From: an uncultured Rickettsiales bacterium
GTDB lineage: Bacteria; Pseudomonadota; Alphaproteobacteria; Rickettsiales; JABCZZ01
Direction of reading: 5' to 3'
Assembly: GCA_964454545.1 (NCBI GenBank)
Contig: CAYVTI010000003.1
Span: 6,676-70,675, forward strand
DNA length: 64,000 nt
Shown here: piece after piece, positions 23,892 through 33,970 of the stretch
Layout of the letters: the number at the start of each line of letters is the position of its first letter
Position numbering within the stretch: position 1 is the first letter of the stretch
The notes under the pieces: model-generated
The model's database searches: none
The model's input: the letters and a program-made list of their open reading frames with translations, nothing else
What the model was told of the DNA's origin: nothing
Position numbers and translations under genes: made by a program

Positions 23892-26048
23892 GTGAAAGTG
23901 GCCGAAGCCCCAGTATCAGAAAAACCCTCCATGACAGTGTCCAATCCTGATTTTGGCTCTTACGGCTCTGTGGCGGCAAATGGAGCGGCGGGTTCGGAAA
24001 GCCAGGCTGCGGCGGCCGGTACCGGCCTAATAAAATCCTTAGGCGGCGATGGAAATTCCGCGGAAAAGAAGCCACTTCCCTGGTTCAGGGAAATCGGCGC
24101 GACCAGCACCGAGCCGGTGCGGGAAAAGAGAATCTGGTCCCCGGATTTTAAAGGGCATTATGAAGGGCGCAAATGGGGTGAAAGCTACTGGGGCAGGACA
24201 TGGCTGCGCCTGTGGGGACGTTTTGTCGTCGGCACAGCGTTTTTCGCGGCGGCGCAGTTATACGGCAACAAGGAACTGACGGGCTATGTAGGGGAAAAAC
24301 CGAAAAATCCCCTGCAATGGGTTTCTTACGCTATAGATAAAACGGTCGGCAGAGGCCTGACGGCTATTTTCGGCAAGAACGCCGCGGTGTTCCATGAAAC
24401 GCGCGATTTCGGATATAAGAACAAGGATGGCAGCGTAAAGATGGGCCGCAGCCTTGGCCATGAAGCGGTCTCGGTGACCTTCGACTTCGCCGCGATGAGC
24501 ACCGGCGATTATATGACCAGGTATCTGGTCGGTCTTTTCGATCCGCAAGGCAGGACGCGATGGGTGAAGAACGGGCATATCGACCTGGCGGGCGGCCTGA
24601 AGGAGCTGGGCAAGACCCTGTTCAAATCCATCACCTACGCTTCCGGCGAGGATATGTTCGTCGCTCTGCCATATGTGTATTACATGAAACTCTCACGGCA
24701 CCTGATAAATAAATTCAGCCCGGGTTTCAAGTATGACTCTGACCATACGCAGTTTGGTGGTGCTTTTAAGGTAAATGATAAGAAGCAAGTCATAGGCGAC
24801 TATAATATGGAGGGTATAGTCGACATTACCGGGCGTTTCAGCGTCTATAACACGGGTACCAAGATGTTCCGCGATCTGTATGCTTTTGCCGAAGGCAAGG
24901 TATCGCATTTATGGTACGGGGGAGCGGATAAAAAGAACGAACCGAAGAAACCGCCGGTTACGTTAACATCCGCTATGAAGAACAGCGTAAGGTATACTCT
25001 GGTTACGACTACGAAGATGATGTTTCTGATGATACCGTCTGCATTCCTGTTCGCGGTACTGCGCACTCCTCAATATAAGAAAGGAAATTACGGCTTGTTG
25101 GTTGATCCAGAGAGGGGAATGGTGGGGAACCTTAAAGAGCAGAATATACTTGGACGTGATGTGTTCACCAACAAAATGTATACAGATAGTAATGCGGCTC
25201 CCTGGTACAGTAAGATAACCAACCCTATAGGTAAGATGGCTTATGACGTGGGTGAGGCTTACGAGAAAGGATTTCAGAAAGCGCATATACCGGAAATCGT
25301 GGAAGTAACTCCCCTAGCAAAAGCATTGGGATATCCCGAAGGAAAAAGATTGATAGATACTTTCTCTCACCGCTATGTCGATGCAGCCATTTCCTATACG
25401 CCCTATTTCGTGGTGAAGTCTGACTGGATGACGGCATATTACGATACGAACCGGACTAATTTCGTGCTGGGAGGATTTTATGACTCCCTCTGGGGAATGA
25501 CGAAAGCTACTCTCTCCTTTAATGGCGCAAAAATAAAATCATCAGCTCAGGAAGTAAAAAAATGGTGGCATGAGTCGCTTCTTGCCATGCTCAAGCAACC
25601 TTCGCCGAATTACGAGCTGCAGATACAGCGGGTGATGAATGAAGAAGGTTATAAGGCTTCAAGTGAAGCGTTTGACATATATCAGGGAGAGGAACATTAT
25701 ACCCTGGACAGTGACAGGAAAAGCGAACTGGGGTTGGAATCCTTCTTAAAACAGAACGGCAAACGCCCGCCTGAGAATGTCAATGATTATGAAATGATGA
25801 AGGGAAATACGGGGGTTGAGACGCTTCTAAGCAAAGATTTGAAGAAAGAGGCGGATGGCGATAAGCCGATTGAGGATAAGCCGGGAAAGCATGCAGAAAA
25901 AGTTCTGCGGAATAAAGCAAACGCGTCCAAAGAAGAAGGCTGGGCGGCTTCGGTTCAGAAAAGAGAGCCAGTAATGAAAACATCCTTGCTCGACAGAGTA
26001 ATAGCCGGTGACCAGATTACGCCACCGGGAAATAATACGGCTCATTAA
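23892..26048 (+). CDS. Large hypothetical membrane-associated protein (718 aa)
   Basis: GTG start (ATG 23931 is an alternative). Disordered N-terminus, hydrophobic segments (FVVGTAFFAAAQLYG, MMFLMIPSAFLFAVL) and a Lys/Glu-rich C-terminus. No family recognised. The second half is visibly AT-richer than the flanking core genes. Confidence 0.5.
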   Translation: MKVAEAPVSEKPSMTVSNPDFGSYGSVAANGAAGSESQAAAAGTGLIKSLGGDGNSAEKKPLPWFREIGATSTEPVREKRIWSPDFKGHYEGRKWGESYWGRTWLRLWGRFVVGTAFFAAAQLYGNKELTGYVGEKPKNPLQWVSYAIDKTVGRGLTAIFGKNAAVFHETRDFGYKNKDGSVKMGRSLGHEAVSVTFDFAAMSTGDYMTRYLVGLFDPQGRTRWVKNGHIDLAGGLKELGKTLFKSITYASGEDMFVALPYVYYMKLSRHLINKFSPGFKYDSDHTQFGGAFKVNDKKQVIGDYNMEGIVDITGRFSVYNTGTKMFRDLYAFAEGKVSHLWYGGADKKNEPKKPPVTLTSAMKNSVRYTLVTTTKMMFLMIPSAFLFAVLRTPQYKKGNYGLLVDPERGMVGNLKEQNILGRDVFTNKMYTDSNAAPWYSKITNPIGKMAYDVGEAYEKGFQKAHIPEIVEVTPLAKALGYPEGKRLIDTFSHRYVDAAISYTPYFVVKSDWMTAYYDTNRTNFVLGGFYDSLWGMTKATLSFNGAKIKSSAQEVKKWWHESLLAMLKQPSPNYELQIQRVMNEEGYKASSEAFDIYQGEEHYTLDSDRKSELGLESFLKQNGKRPPENVNDYEMMKGNTGVETLLSKDLKKEADGDKPIEDKPGKHAEKVLRNKANASKEEGWAASVQKREPVMKTSLLDRVIAGDQITPPGNNTAH

Positions 26049-26057
26049 GCTAGCAAT

Positions 26058-26771
26058 ATGAAAAAACCGTGCCTGATACTAATAGGAGGCAAGCCGGGGG
26101 TGGGGAAGACAACACTTGCCGAGAATATATATAACCTTCACAATAAGGTCGATAAATACGGAATAGATTCCATCGTGATAGTAGACTCCGACTTTGAAAG
26201 GCGGCAATACCTCGTTGAAGAAGGTATTGCCGATCCGACTATTATAAATGACCCGACGATCGACATTGATCATAAGCACTTTGGACAAACCATGAGTGAG
26301 ACACTGCTTATGGTGATGAAGAATAAGGCGGAGAAGTATTTAGAAGCAGGCAAAACGGTAATCGTGGTAACATCTGCCGTGAGGCCGGAACAGCGCGAGG
26401 AATGGGAGCGGTTTGCAAAATTTGGTCACGCGCCTTTTACGGCTTTGTTCCTTGAAGTAAGTGATCCGGATATCGCTTTAAAACGGATCAGAGAGAGGGA
26501 AGCCCATAGGATGAATCCTGGCAATAAGCTCACACTCAGGCACTATACTTCTTCATTCAAGGATCGTGAGGAACATCTGCAACAGTTGCTTGAAGCTCAT
26601 CCGGGCAAGATTTCCAGCCATTGGCATATACTGAATGCGGATCATGACGAGGTAACGCTAATGCGTACAGCTCTAGAAAAGATTGCCCATCTGAAATTAG
26701 GGAAGAAACGCAGCTTTACCCAGCAAATTGCAGACAAGAGAGCAACGAATATGCAGGGTAAGGCGATTTAG
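26058..26771 (+). CDS. P-loop NTPase / small-molecule or nucleotide kinase-like protein
   Basis: Walker A motif LILIGGKPGVGKTTLA at the N-terminus. 237 aa. The size and layout resemble the AAA_33 / zeta-toxin-like kinase fold. Confidence 0.55.
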   Translation: MKKPCLILIGGKPGVGKTTLAENIYNLHNKVDKYGIDSIVIVDSDFERRQYLVEEGIADPTIINDPTIDIDHKHFGQTMSETLLMVMKNKAEKYLEAGKTVIVVTSAVRPEQREEWERFAKFGHAPFTALFLEVSDPDIALKRIREREAHRMNPGNKLTLRHYTSSFKDREEHLQQLLEAHPGKISSHWHILNADHDEVTLMRTALEKIAHLKLGKKRSFTQQIADKRATNMQGKAI

Positions 26772-26873
26772 CTGCTTATTGCAGGAAACTGTTGTATTTC
26801 CCCTGGGCTGGATTTATAAATCCGGTTAATTTCACTTCTACATTGCGTATCTTATCCCGGAAGAAGGTTTTCC

Positions 26874-29800
26874 ATGCAGCAAGCCAGTTACGAACAGAAT
26901 CTCGATCGTTTCCTGAAAGCCGTTGTAAAATCCCTGCCCATGAGCGTCTCACAGGATACCCAGTCGCTCGCTGTGCAGTTCTATAACAAGATGCCTGCCA
27001 TCGATCTGGGGAGCATCCAGCCGGAAGAAGCGGCAAAATTGGTGCTGTCCGCCAGAGAGTTCATGGAAACGCGCGCCCAGGGCGCGCCCAAGATACGCAT
27101 TGCCCGGGGGAAAGCCAGCTCGGTCGTGGAGATACTCAATGACGACATGCCGTTCCTTGTCGACTCGGTAGTCGCAGAGATTGGCCGCCACGGGATCACC
27201 ATCAAGCGCATTCTCCATCCCATCCTGCAGGTCAAACGCGATTCCAAGGGGAACCTGGCTGCTATCACCGAGGCGGGAAAGCCAGAATCTTTTATCCGCG
27301 TGGATATGGCGCGGCTCATTGACGCGGCTGCGGAAGAGAAGCTCGTTTCCGATCTGCTGCGCGTGCTGGACAGCGTCAGGGTCGCCGTATCCGACTGGTC
27401 GGCGATGTGCGCAAAGATCAATGACAGTATCGCCGAGCTCAAGAAAACATCGCTGGCGTTCAAGCCGGAGGAAGTAAGCGAAGTATGCGACTTCCTTGCG
27501 TGGCTGGAAGCGAAGAATTTCGTTTTTCTCGGGTATATCGAATATGATTTCTTTGACGACAAGGGTAATAAATCGCTCAAGGTGGTGCCGCATTCGGAGC
27601 TGGGGATTTTCCGCGCCGATGACGATGGCCTGAAGCCCAAGGGGCTTGAAGGATTGCCGCCGGAAGTGCTGCATTTCGCGCTGATACCGCAGCTCGTGGA
27701 GATTACCAAATCGATGCGCAAGGCGACGGTGCACCGCCCCGTGCATATGGACTATATCGGCATAAAGCGTTTCGATACGCATGGTAAGGTGATTGGCGAG
27801 CGCCGGTTCCTTGGGATTTTCACGTCCGTCGTCTATTACCAGAGCGCCGAAAATATCCCGTTCATCCGGCGCAAGATAGCGCGGGTGATGAAGCGCGCCA
27901 ATTTCGACCACGCGAGCCATGACGGCAAGACCCTGAAGACCATTCTCGAATTCACCCCCCGCGATGAGCTTTTCCAGTTTTCCGAAGACGAACTGTTCGA
28001 TTATGCGATGGGCGTGTTGTCGCTTGAGTCCAAGCCCGGCGTGCGCCTGTTCGTGCGCCGCGACATCTTTGAGCGTTTCGTGGGATGCATCGTGTTCCTG
28101 CCACGCGAGCGTTTCAGCAGCGATCTGCGCGAGCAGGTGCAGGCGATTCTGGCGCGGCATTTCGAAGGCTGGGTGAGCGCCTATTATACGCAGATGACCG
28201 ATTCGCCGCTGGTCAGGCTTCAGGTGATCATTACGACCACGCCCGGCCATATTCCGGCGGTGAACATCCCGGAAGTGGAGAATGAGATCGAGAAGGTCGC
28301 CAACCGCTGGAGCGATGCGCTGCTTGAAAGCCTGGCCGAGAAATATGACGGCGAGACGGCGGATGAATTGCTGCAGGTTTATGGCCACGCGTTCTCCAAA
28401 GCCTATATCGGCAATCACGACGCCAACGCGGCGGTATATGACATCAACAAGATAAATGACGTATTGAAGATGGGTGAAGCGTCGCTTGAACTTTTCCGCG
28501 TGGAAAGCGAACCGGCCGACATCGTCCATCTGAAATGGTACAATCCGCAGGGCCGTGTGATGCTTTCGGACGTGCTGCCGATACTCGAGAATATGGGGTT
28601 CAGGGTCATAGACGAACAGCCCTATCTGGTAAAGCCTGCCAGCGCGCAGATCAATGAAGTCTGGATACGCGATTTCATATTGTCGGCTGACCCCAAACTG
28701 CTGACGAATATCCAGGAGCTTAAGCCGTTGTTTGAAGAGGCGCTTGCGAAAGTATGGCAGCGCGAAAATGAAAACGACCGGATGGGCGCGCTTACGCTGA
28801 CTGCCCGCCTGTCGTGGCGGGAAGCGCTGGTGCTGCGCGCCTATGCGAAATATCTCCGCCAGGCCAATTTCCCTTACGGATTTGCCGCAATCGCCGAAGC
28901 GCTGAACAGCAATCCGCATATCACCCGGGCGATTTTCGACCTGTTTGACACGCGCTTCAACCCAGCGGTAAAATCGCATGATACGGCAAAACTGCAGGAA
29001 AACATAGAGTTGCAGCTTGCCAATGTGAGCAGCCTCGCCGAGGATCGCATCCTGCGCCGCTTCGTCGATCTGGTCATGGCGACGGTGCGCACGAATTATT
29101 TCCAGGCGACGGAGGGTAAGAAGTTCAAGCCTTATCTTTCCTTTAAATTTGATTCTTCCAAAGTGCCGGAACTTCCGCTACCCCGGCCTTACGCCGAGAT
29201 TTTCGTGTATTCGGCGAGGATGGAAGGCATCCACCTGCGCGGCGGCAAAGTGGCGCGCGGCGGGTTGCGCTGGTCGGACAGGCGCGACGATTTCCGCACC
29301 GAGATCCTTGGGCTCATGAAGGCCCAGATGGTCAAGAACGTGGTGATTGTGCCGGTGGGATCGAAAGGCGGGTTCGTGCTGAAACAGGCGCCCGGCGCGC
29401 GTGACGCGCTTATGGAAGAAGGCATCATTTGTTATAAGATGTTCCTCTGCGGCCTGCTGGACATCACCGATAACATCATAGGCAGCAAAGTGGTTCCGCC
29501 CAAACAGGTGGTAAGGCACGACGGGGACGATCCCTATCTCGTGGTTGCGGCCGACAAGGGCACGGCGACGTTCTCGGATTATGCAAACGCAGTATCAAAA
29601 GAATACGGGTTCTGGCTCGGTGACGCTTTCGCCTCCGGCGGCTCCGCCGGTTACGACCACAAGAAAATGGCTATTACCGCGCGTGGCGGGTTCATCTCGG
29701 TGGCACGCCATTTCCGCGAGATGAATATAGACATCTATAAGCAGAATTTCACGGTCATCGGCATCGGCGATATGGCGGGCGACGTGTTTGGCAACGGCAT

Positions 29801-31616
29801 GCTGCTTACCAGGCATATCCGGTTGCTTGGCGCGTTCAACCACATGCATATATTCCTTGATCCCAATCCGGACGCAGACCTGAGCTTCAAGGAGCGCGAG
29901 CGCCTGTTCAACCTGCCGCGCTCGACATGGAAGGATTATGATCCCAAGTTGATTTCCCAGGGCGGCGGCTTGTTCGAGCGCAGCGCGAAATCCATTCCCT
30001 TAAGCACGGAAGTCCAGAAAATGCTCGGCGTGGCGAAGAAGTCCCTGTCGCCGGACGATCTGATCCGCGCCATGCTGGTTGCGAAAGTGGATTTATTGTG
30101 GAACGGCGGCATAGGCACCTATGTCAAGGCCGAGGATGAGACCAATGAACAGGTGGGTGACCGTGCCAATAACGCCCTGCGCGTCAATGGCAGGGAGCTG
30201 AACTGCAAGGTGGCGGGCGAAGGCGGAAATCTCGGTTTTACCCAGAAGGGGCGCATAGAATACGCAAGAAACGGCGGGCGCATCAATACCGACGCGATTG
30301 ATAATTCCGCTGGCGTGGATTGCTCTGACCATGAGGTGAATATCAAGATTTGCCTGGGCAGCGCGGTGTCGTCCGGCAAGCTGCCGCTCGTTAAGCGCGA
30401 CAGCCTGCTTGTCAAGATGACCGATGACGTCGCACATCTCGTGCTTCGCGACAACCAGCTCCAGACCCAGGCGCTTACGATTGCCGAGAAGCAGGCGGTT
30501 TCCATGCTGGAAGAGCATATAAGGCTCATGCAGGGCTTTGAAAGCAGGGGCGTGCTTGACCGCGCGGTGGAATTCCTGCCGTCGGACAAGCAACTGCTTG
30601 AGCGCAAGAAGGAAGGCAAGGGGCTTACCCGTCCCGAGCTTGCCGTGCTCCTTGCCTACAGCAAGATGGTGCTGTATCCCGAGCTGCTCAAATCCGCGCT
30701 GCCGGACAACGCGTATTTTGCTAACGACCTGATCCGTTATTTCCCCGCCGCGATGGAAAATGAATTCATGGCGGAGATAAAGCAGCATCCGCTCCGGCGC
30801 GAAATCATTGCCACCGTTGTGACCAATGATATCGTCAACCGTTCCGGCATCACGTTCATCCATGCGCTTGCCGAAGACAGCGGCATGAGCCCTGCGGATG
30901 TCGCGTCCGCTTCCGCTGCTGCGGACGAACTGTTCGGGCTGCGTTCCCTGTGGGAGAGGGTGGAAACGCTTGACGGCCAGGTTGACGTGGATACCCAGGT
31001 GGTCCTTTTCCAGAACATCAAGGCATTTGCCAAGCAGGTGACGCTGTGGTTCATGCGCAACGCCCCGCATCCTCTCGACGTGGCCGGCATCATCAAGGAA
31101 TTCGCGAGCGGCATAAGGAATTACGCCGTTTCTTACGAAGCGATGATTTCCGAGGCTATTGCCGCGGAATACAGGGAAAGAAACGAATGGCTGGTCTCGC
31201 AGAAAGTGCCCACCGGGCTTGCGTCCGATATTGCGGTTCTGGATATCATGTCTTCCGCGCCGGATGTCGTGCTGGTCAGCAACGAGCGCAGGAAGAAGGT
31301 GGATAAGACAGGCGAGCTTTACTTCAGGCTCGGAGCTATACTGCGCCTTGACTGGCTGCGCCAGCAGGCGGCCAAGGCGGTAGTGACGTCCCACTGGGAG
31401 GGGCTCGCCGTATCTTCCATCATCGGCAGCCTGTTCGACGAACAGCGCCGCCTTACGGCTTCCGTCGGGGACGAGGGCAAGCTTGAAGCATGGAAAGAAG
31501 AGCACGCAGGCAACATAGAACGCTTTATCGCTTTCATGGACGATCTCAAGGCGAGCGAAGCTATCACCCTGCCCAAGCTCATCATCGCGGAAAAGAAGGT
31601 GAAGGAGATAGGGTAG
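26874..31616 (+). CDS. gdhB: NAD-specific glutamate dehydrogenase, large (about 180 kDa) type
   Basis: 1580 aa. Hallmark block IHLRGGKVARGGLRWSDRRDDFRTEILGLMKAQMVKNVVIVPVGSKGGFV. Confidence 0.95.
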   Translation: MQQASYEQNLDRFLKAVVKSLPMSVSQDTQSLAVQFYNKMPAIDLGSIQPEEAAKLVLSAREFMETRAQGAPKIRIARGKASSVVEILNDDMPFLVDSVVAEIGRHGITIKRILHPILQVKRDSKGNLAAITEAGKPESFIRVDMARLIDAAAEEKLVSDLLRVLDSVRVAVSDWSAMCAKINDSIAELKKTSLAFKPEEVSEVCDFLAWLEAKNFVFLGYIEYDFFDDKGNKSLKVVPHSELGIFRADDDGLKPKGLEGLPPEVLHFALIPQLVEITKSMRKATVHRPVHMDYIGIKRFDTHGKVIGERRFLGIFTSVVYYQSAENIPFIRRKIARVMKRANFDHASHDGKTLKTILEFTPRDELFQFSEDELFDYAMGVLSLESKPGVRLFVRRDIFERFVGCIVFLPRERFSSDLREQVQAILARHFEGWVSAYYTQMTDSPLVRLQVIITTTPGHIPAVNIPEVENEIEKVANRWSDALLESLAEKYDGETADELLQVYGHAFSKAYIGNHDANAAVYDINKINDVLKMGEASLELFRVESEPADIVHLKWYNPQGRVMLSDVLPILENMGFRVIDEQPYLVKPASAQINEVWIRDFILSADPKLLTNIQELKPLFEEALAKVWQRENENDRMGALTLTARLSWREALVLRAYAKYLRQANFPYGFAAIAEALNSNPHITRAIFDLFDTRFNPAVKSHDTAKLQENIELQLANVSSLAEDRILRRFVDLVMATVRTNYFQATEGKKFKPYLSFKFDSSKVPELPLPRPYAEIFVYSARMEGIHLRGGKVARGGLRWSDRRDDFRTEILGLMKAQMVKNVVIVPVGSKGGFVLKQAPGARDALMEEGIICYKMFLCGLLDITDNIIGSKVVPPKQVVRHDGDDPYLVVAADKGTATFSDYANAVSKEYGFWLGDAFASGGSAGYDHKKMAITARGGFISVARHFREMNIDIYKQNFTVIGIGDMAGDVFGNGMLLTRHIRLLGAFNHMHIFLDPNPDADLSFKERERLFNLPRSTWKDYDPKLISQGGGLFERSAKSIPLSTEVQKMLGVAKKSLSPDDLIRAMLVAKVDLLWNGGIGTYVKAEDETNEQVGDRANNALRVNGRELNCKVAGEGGNLGFTQKGRIEYARNGGRINTDAIDNSAGVDCSDHEVNIKICLGSAVSSGKLPLVKRDSLLVKMTDDVAHLVLRDNQLQTQALTIAEKQAVSMLEEHIRLMQGFESRGVLDRAVEFLPSDKQLLERKKEGKGLTRPELAVLLAYSKMVLYPELLKSALPDNAYFANDLIRYFPAAMENEFMAEIKQHPLRREIIATVVTNDIVNRSGITFIHALAEDSGMSPADVASASAAADELFGLRSLWERVETLDGQVDVDTQVVLFQNIKAFAKQVTLWFMRNAPHPLDVAGIIKEFASGIRNYAVSYEAMISEAIAAEYRERNEWLVSQKVPTGLASDIAVLDIMSSAPDVVLVSNERRKKVDKTGELYFRLGAILRLDWLRQQAAKAVVTSHWEGLAVSSIIGSLFDEQRRLTASVGDEGKLEAWKEEHAGNIERFIAFMDDLKASEAITLPKLIIAEKKVKEIG

Positions 31617-31655
31617 TAATTATTCTTGTAAGGGGACGACGAATTCTTCAATGAT

Positions 31656-32198
31656 ATGAGTAACATTCCCGCATTTGAAACCGGACGGCTTATCCTCAGG
31701 GACATTACGGAAGAAGACGCTCCCGCTTATCAAAAGCACTTTGCTGATTACAATGTCATCGGCCATTTAACGCGTGCCGCAGTGCCCTGGCCTTATCCGG
31801 AAGATGGAGTGTTTCATTATATCCGTATGGTTCTTATTCCGGGGCAGGGCAAGGAGCATTGGGTGTGGGGTATTTTCCTGAAATCGAAGCCGAATGAGTT
31901 AATCGGGGCCATATCCCTGCAGCGCGAAGGCGCGCCGGGAAATATCGGATTCTGGCTTGGCAAGCCTTATTGGGGGCAAGGGATAATGAGCGAAGCGATG
32001 AAACCTGTTCTGGATCATGTCTTTACCCGATGCGGTTTTGAGCGGGTGATTATCTGCAATGCGGCAGGTAACATGCGATCGCGGCGCGTCAGCGAGAAAC
32101 TGGGCGCAAAGTTATTGCGCACCGAACCGGCGGAATATGTAAATCCGGAATATAAAGAACGTGAGGTCTGGGAGTTAACCGCGCTATTCCGAAAATAA
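31656..32198 (+). CDS. GNAT family N-acetyltransferase (RimJ/RimL-like)
   Basis: 180 aa. N-terminal FETGRLILRDITEEDA and the GNAT core WGQGIMSEAMKPVLDHVF. Confidence 0.75.
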   Translation: MSNIPAFETGRLILRDITEEDAPAYQKHFADYNVIGHLTRAAVPWPYPEDGVFHYIRMVLIPGQGKEHWVWGIFLKSKPNELIGAISLQREGAPGNIGFWLGKPYWGQGIMSEAMKPVLDHVFTRCGFERVIICNAAGNMRSRRVSEKLGAKLLRTEPAEYVNPEYKEREVWELTALFRK

Positions 32199-32215
32199 AT
32201 AAACGCGAAGAATCG

Positions 32216-32554
32216 CTACTTCTTGCCTTCGCCTGGGTTCGGGCTGAAATATTTATCAAACTTGCCGCTTTCGCCCTTGAACTGATCGGCGTCGGCCGGG
32301 GCTTCCTTCTTGGCGGTGATATTGGGCCATTTGGCGGAATATTCGCGGTTCATCTCAATCCATTTCATCAGCTTGTCGCTTTCGGGCTGGATGGCTTCCG
32401 CCGGGCATTCCGGCTCGCATACGCCGCAGTCGATGCATTCGTCCGGGTTGATGACCAGCATATTCTCGCCTTCATAGAAACAATCCACCGGGCAAACTTC
32501 CACGCAGTCGGTATATTTACACTTGATGCACGCTTCGGTAACGACAAAAGTCAT
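32216..32554 (-). CDS. fdxA: 7Fe ferredoxin
   Basis: [41 protein letters not shown]. Confidence 0.9.
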   Translation of the reverse strand: MTFVVTEACIKCKYTDCVEVCPVDCFYEGENMLVINPDECIDCGVCEPECPAEAIQPESDKLMKWIEMNREYSAKWPNITAKKEAPADADQFKGESGKFDKYFSPNPGEGKK

Positions 32555-32652
32555 AACCTTATCCTATCATTTTTCTCTTTCATTAGCGGTAATGACGTTT
32601 TACATATAGTTAACGAAGAGATTTTTCAATACCTAAAACGCTTGCAACCCCT

Positions 32653-33459
32653 ATGAAACCAATTGATCGCCTGCTTGAAATCATGGCGCTGCTGCGCGAC
32701 AGGGGAAAAGGCTGTCCGTGGGATGTGGAACAGAATTTCTCCTCCATCGCGCCGCATACGCTCGAAGAAGCCTACGAAGTGGTCGACGCCATTGAGAAAA
32801 ACGACATGAAGGGCCTGCGCGAGGAGCTTGGCGACCTGCTACTGCAGGTAGTCTTCTACGCGCAGATGGCGAAAGAGGATAAACTGTTCAATTTCGACGA
32901 TATAGCCCAGGGCATATGCGACAAGCTGGTGAGCCGCCATCCGCATGTGTTCGGCGATGCCAAAATAGGCAGCGCCGCCGAACAGAGCGAAGCATGGGAA
33001 ATGCATAAACAGAAAGAAAAAGAGAAAACCGGGGAGGGGTATAAGCGTCCCGATATCCTTGAAGGGATCACGCTGGCGCTGCCGGCGGTGACGCGCGCGC
33101 TGAAGCTCCAGAAACGCGCTGCAAGGGCGGGGTTTGACTGGCCGGACATCAAATCGACTTTCGATAAGCTTCAGGAAGAAATCGACGAGCTTACCTATGT
33201 AATGGAGCATAACGGCAACCACGATGAGAAACTGGAGGAAGTCGGCGATATTTTGTTTTCCTGCGTCAATATCGCCCGCAAGCTGGGCGTCGACCCGGAA
33301 GAGGCGGTGCGTTTCTGCAACCGCAAGTTCGAGCAGCGCCTGCAATACGTGCAGCGGGAGCTCGACATGCAGCGCATGAATATACAGGACGCGTCGTTTC
33401 AGGAACTGAACGAACTGTGGGATCAGGCGAAGATTCTGGAATATGAAGAAGGAAAATAG
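32653..33459 (+). CDS. mazG: Nucleoside triphosphate pyrophosphohydrolase
   Basis: 268 aa with a tandem MazG domain. N-terminal LRDRGKGCPWDVEQNFSSIAPHTLEEAYEVVDAIE. Confidence 0.9.
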   Translation: MKPIDRLLEIMALLRDRGKGCPWDVEQNFSSIAPHTLEEAYEVVDAIEKNDMKGLREELGDLLLQVVFYAQMAKEDKLFNFDDIAQGICDKLVSRHPHVFGDAKIGSAAEQSEAWEMHKQKEKEKTGEGYKRPDILEGITLALPAVTRALKLQKRAARAGFDWPDIKSTFDKLQEEIDELTYVMEHNGNHDEKLEEVGDILFSCVNIARKLGVDPEEAVRFCNRKFEQRLQYVQRELDMQRMNIQDASFQELNELWDQAKILEYEEGK

Positions 33460-33463
33460 GCGT

Positions 33464-33955
33464 ATGAGAGTGGGTATCTATCCCGGCACGTTCGACCCGA
33501 TAACCTATGGGCATATGGACATCGTGCGCCGGGCGCTCAGGGTGGTGGACGAGCTTATCATCGCGGTGGCGCTCGATACCAACAAAGCGCCAATGTTCGA
33601 TCTGGAAATGCGCGCACGTATGGTGAAAGGCGAAATCAAATCGCTCGGAGCGGACGCCGCGCGCGTAAAGGTAAAAACCTTCTCCGGGCTTCTGGTCACG
33701 TTCGCCGAGGAAAACAAGGCCAGCGTGCTAATACGCGGCCTGCGCGCCGTGTCGGATTTCGAATACGAATTCCAGATGGCGGCCATCAACTCCAAGCTTA
33801 ACCCGGATATGGAGACGGTGTTCCTGACCGCTTCCGAATCCACTCACTTCATTTCCTCGCGCTTCGTGAAGCAGATAGCAAAGCTGGGTGGGGACATCTC
33901 CGGCTTTGTTTCAAAGAATGTAGCGAAGAACATAGCGGAATATTTCAGGAAATAA
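33464..33955 (+). CDS. coaD: Phosphopantetheine adenylyltransferase
   Basis: MRVGIYPGTFDPITYGHMDIV from ATG 33464 with GAAGGAAA SD (ORF opens at 33443). Confidence 0.9.
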   Translation: MRVGIYPGTFDPITYGHMDIVRRALRVVDELIIAVALDTNKAPMFDLEMRARMVKGEIKSLGADAARVKVKTFSGLLVTFAEENKASVLIRGLRAVSDFEYEFQMAAINSKLNPDMETVFLTASESTHFISSRFVKQIAKLGGDISGFVSKNVAKNIAEYFRK

Positions 33956-33970
33956 GACAGAAGAGGATGC

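Noticed and set aside
26949-28979. Very long antisense ORFs. Examples are 26949-28979 (-) 676 aa and 30093-31505 (-) 470 aa inside gdhB; 20854-22017 (+) and 21987-23249 (+) opposite SPOR/argS; 43226-44716 (+) opposite pelB; 55209-56066 (-) opposite the OYE gene; 49070-49726 (+) opposite pelX; and 41505-42131 (+) opposite the barrel gene.
   Set aside because: Their translations are Arg/His/Gly-rich low-information sequences with no motifs. The opposite strand at each place encodes a protein with clear family signatures. They are mirror-frame artefacts.
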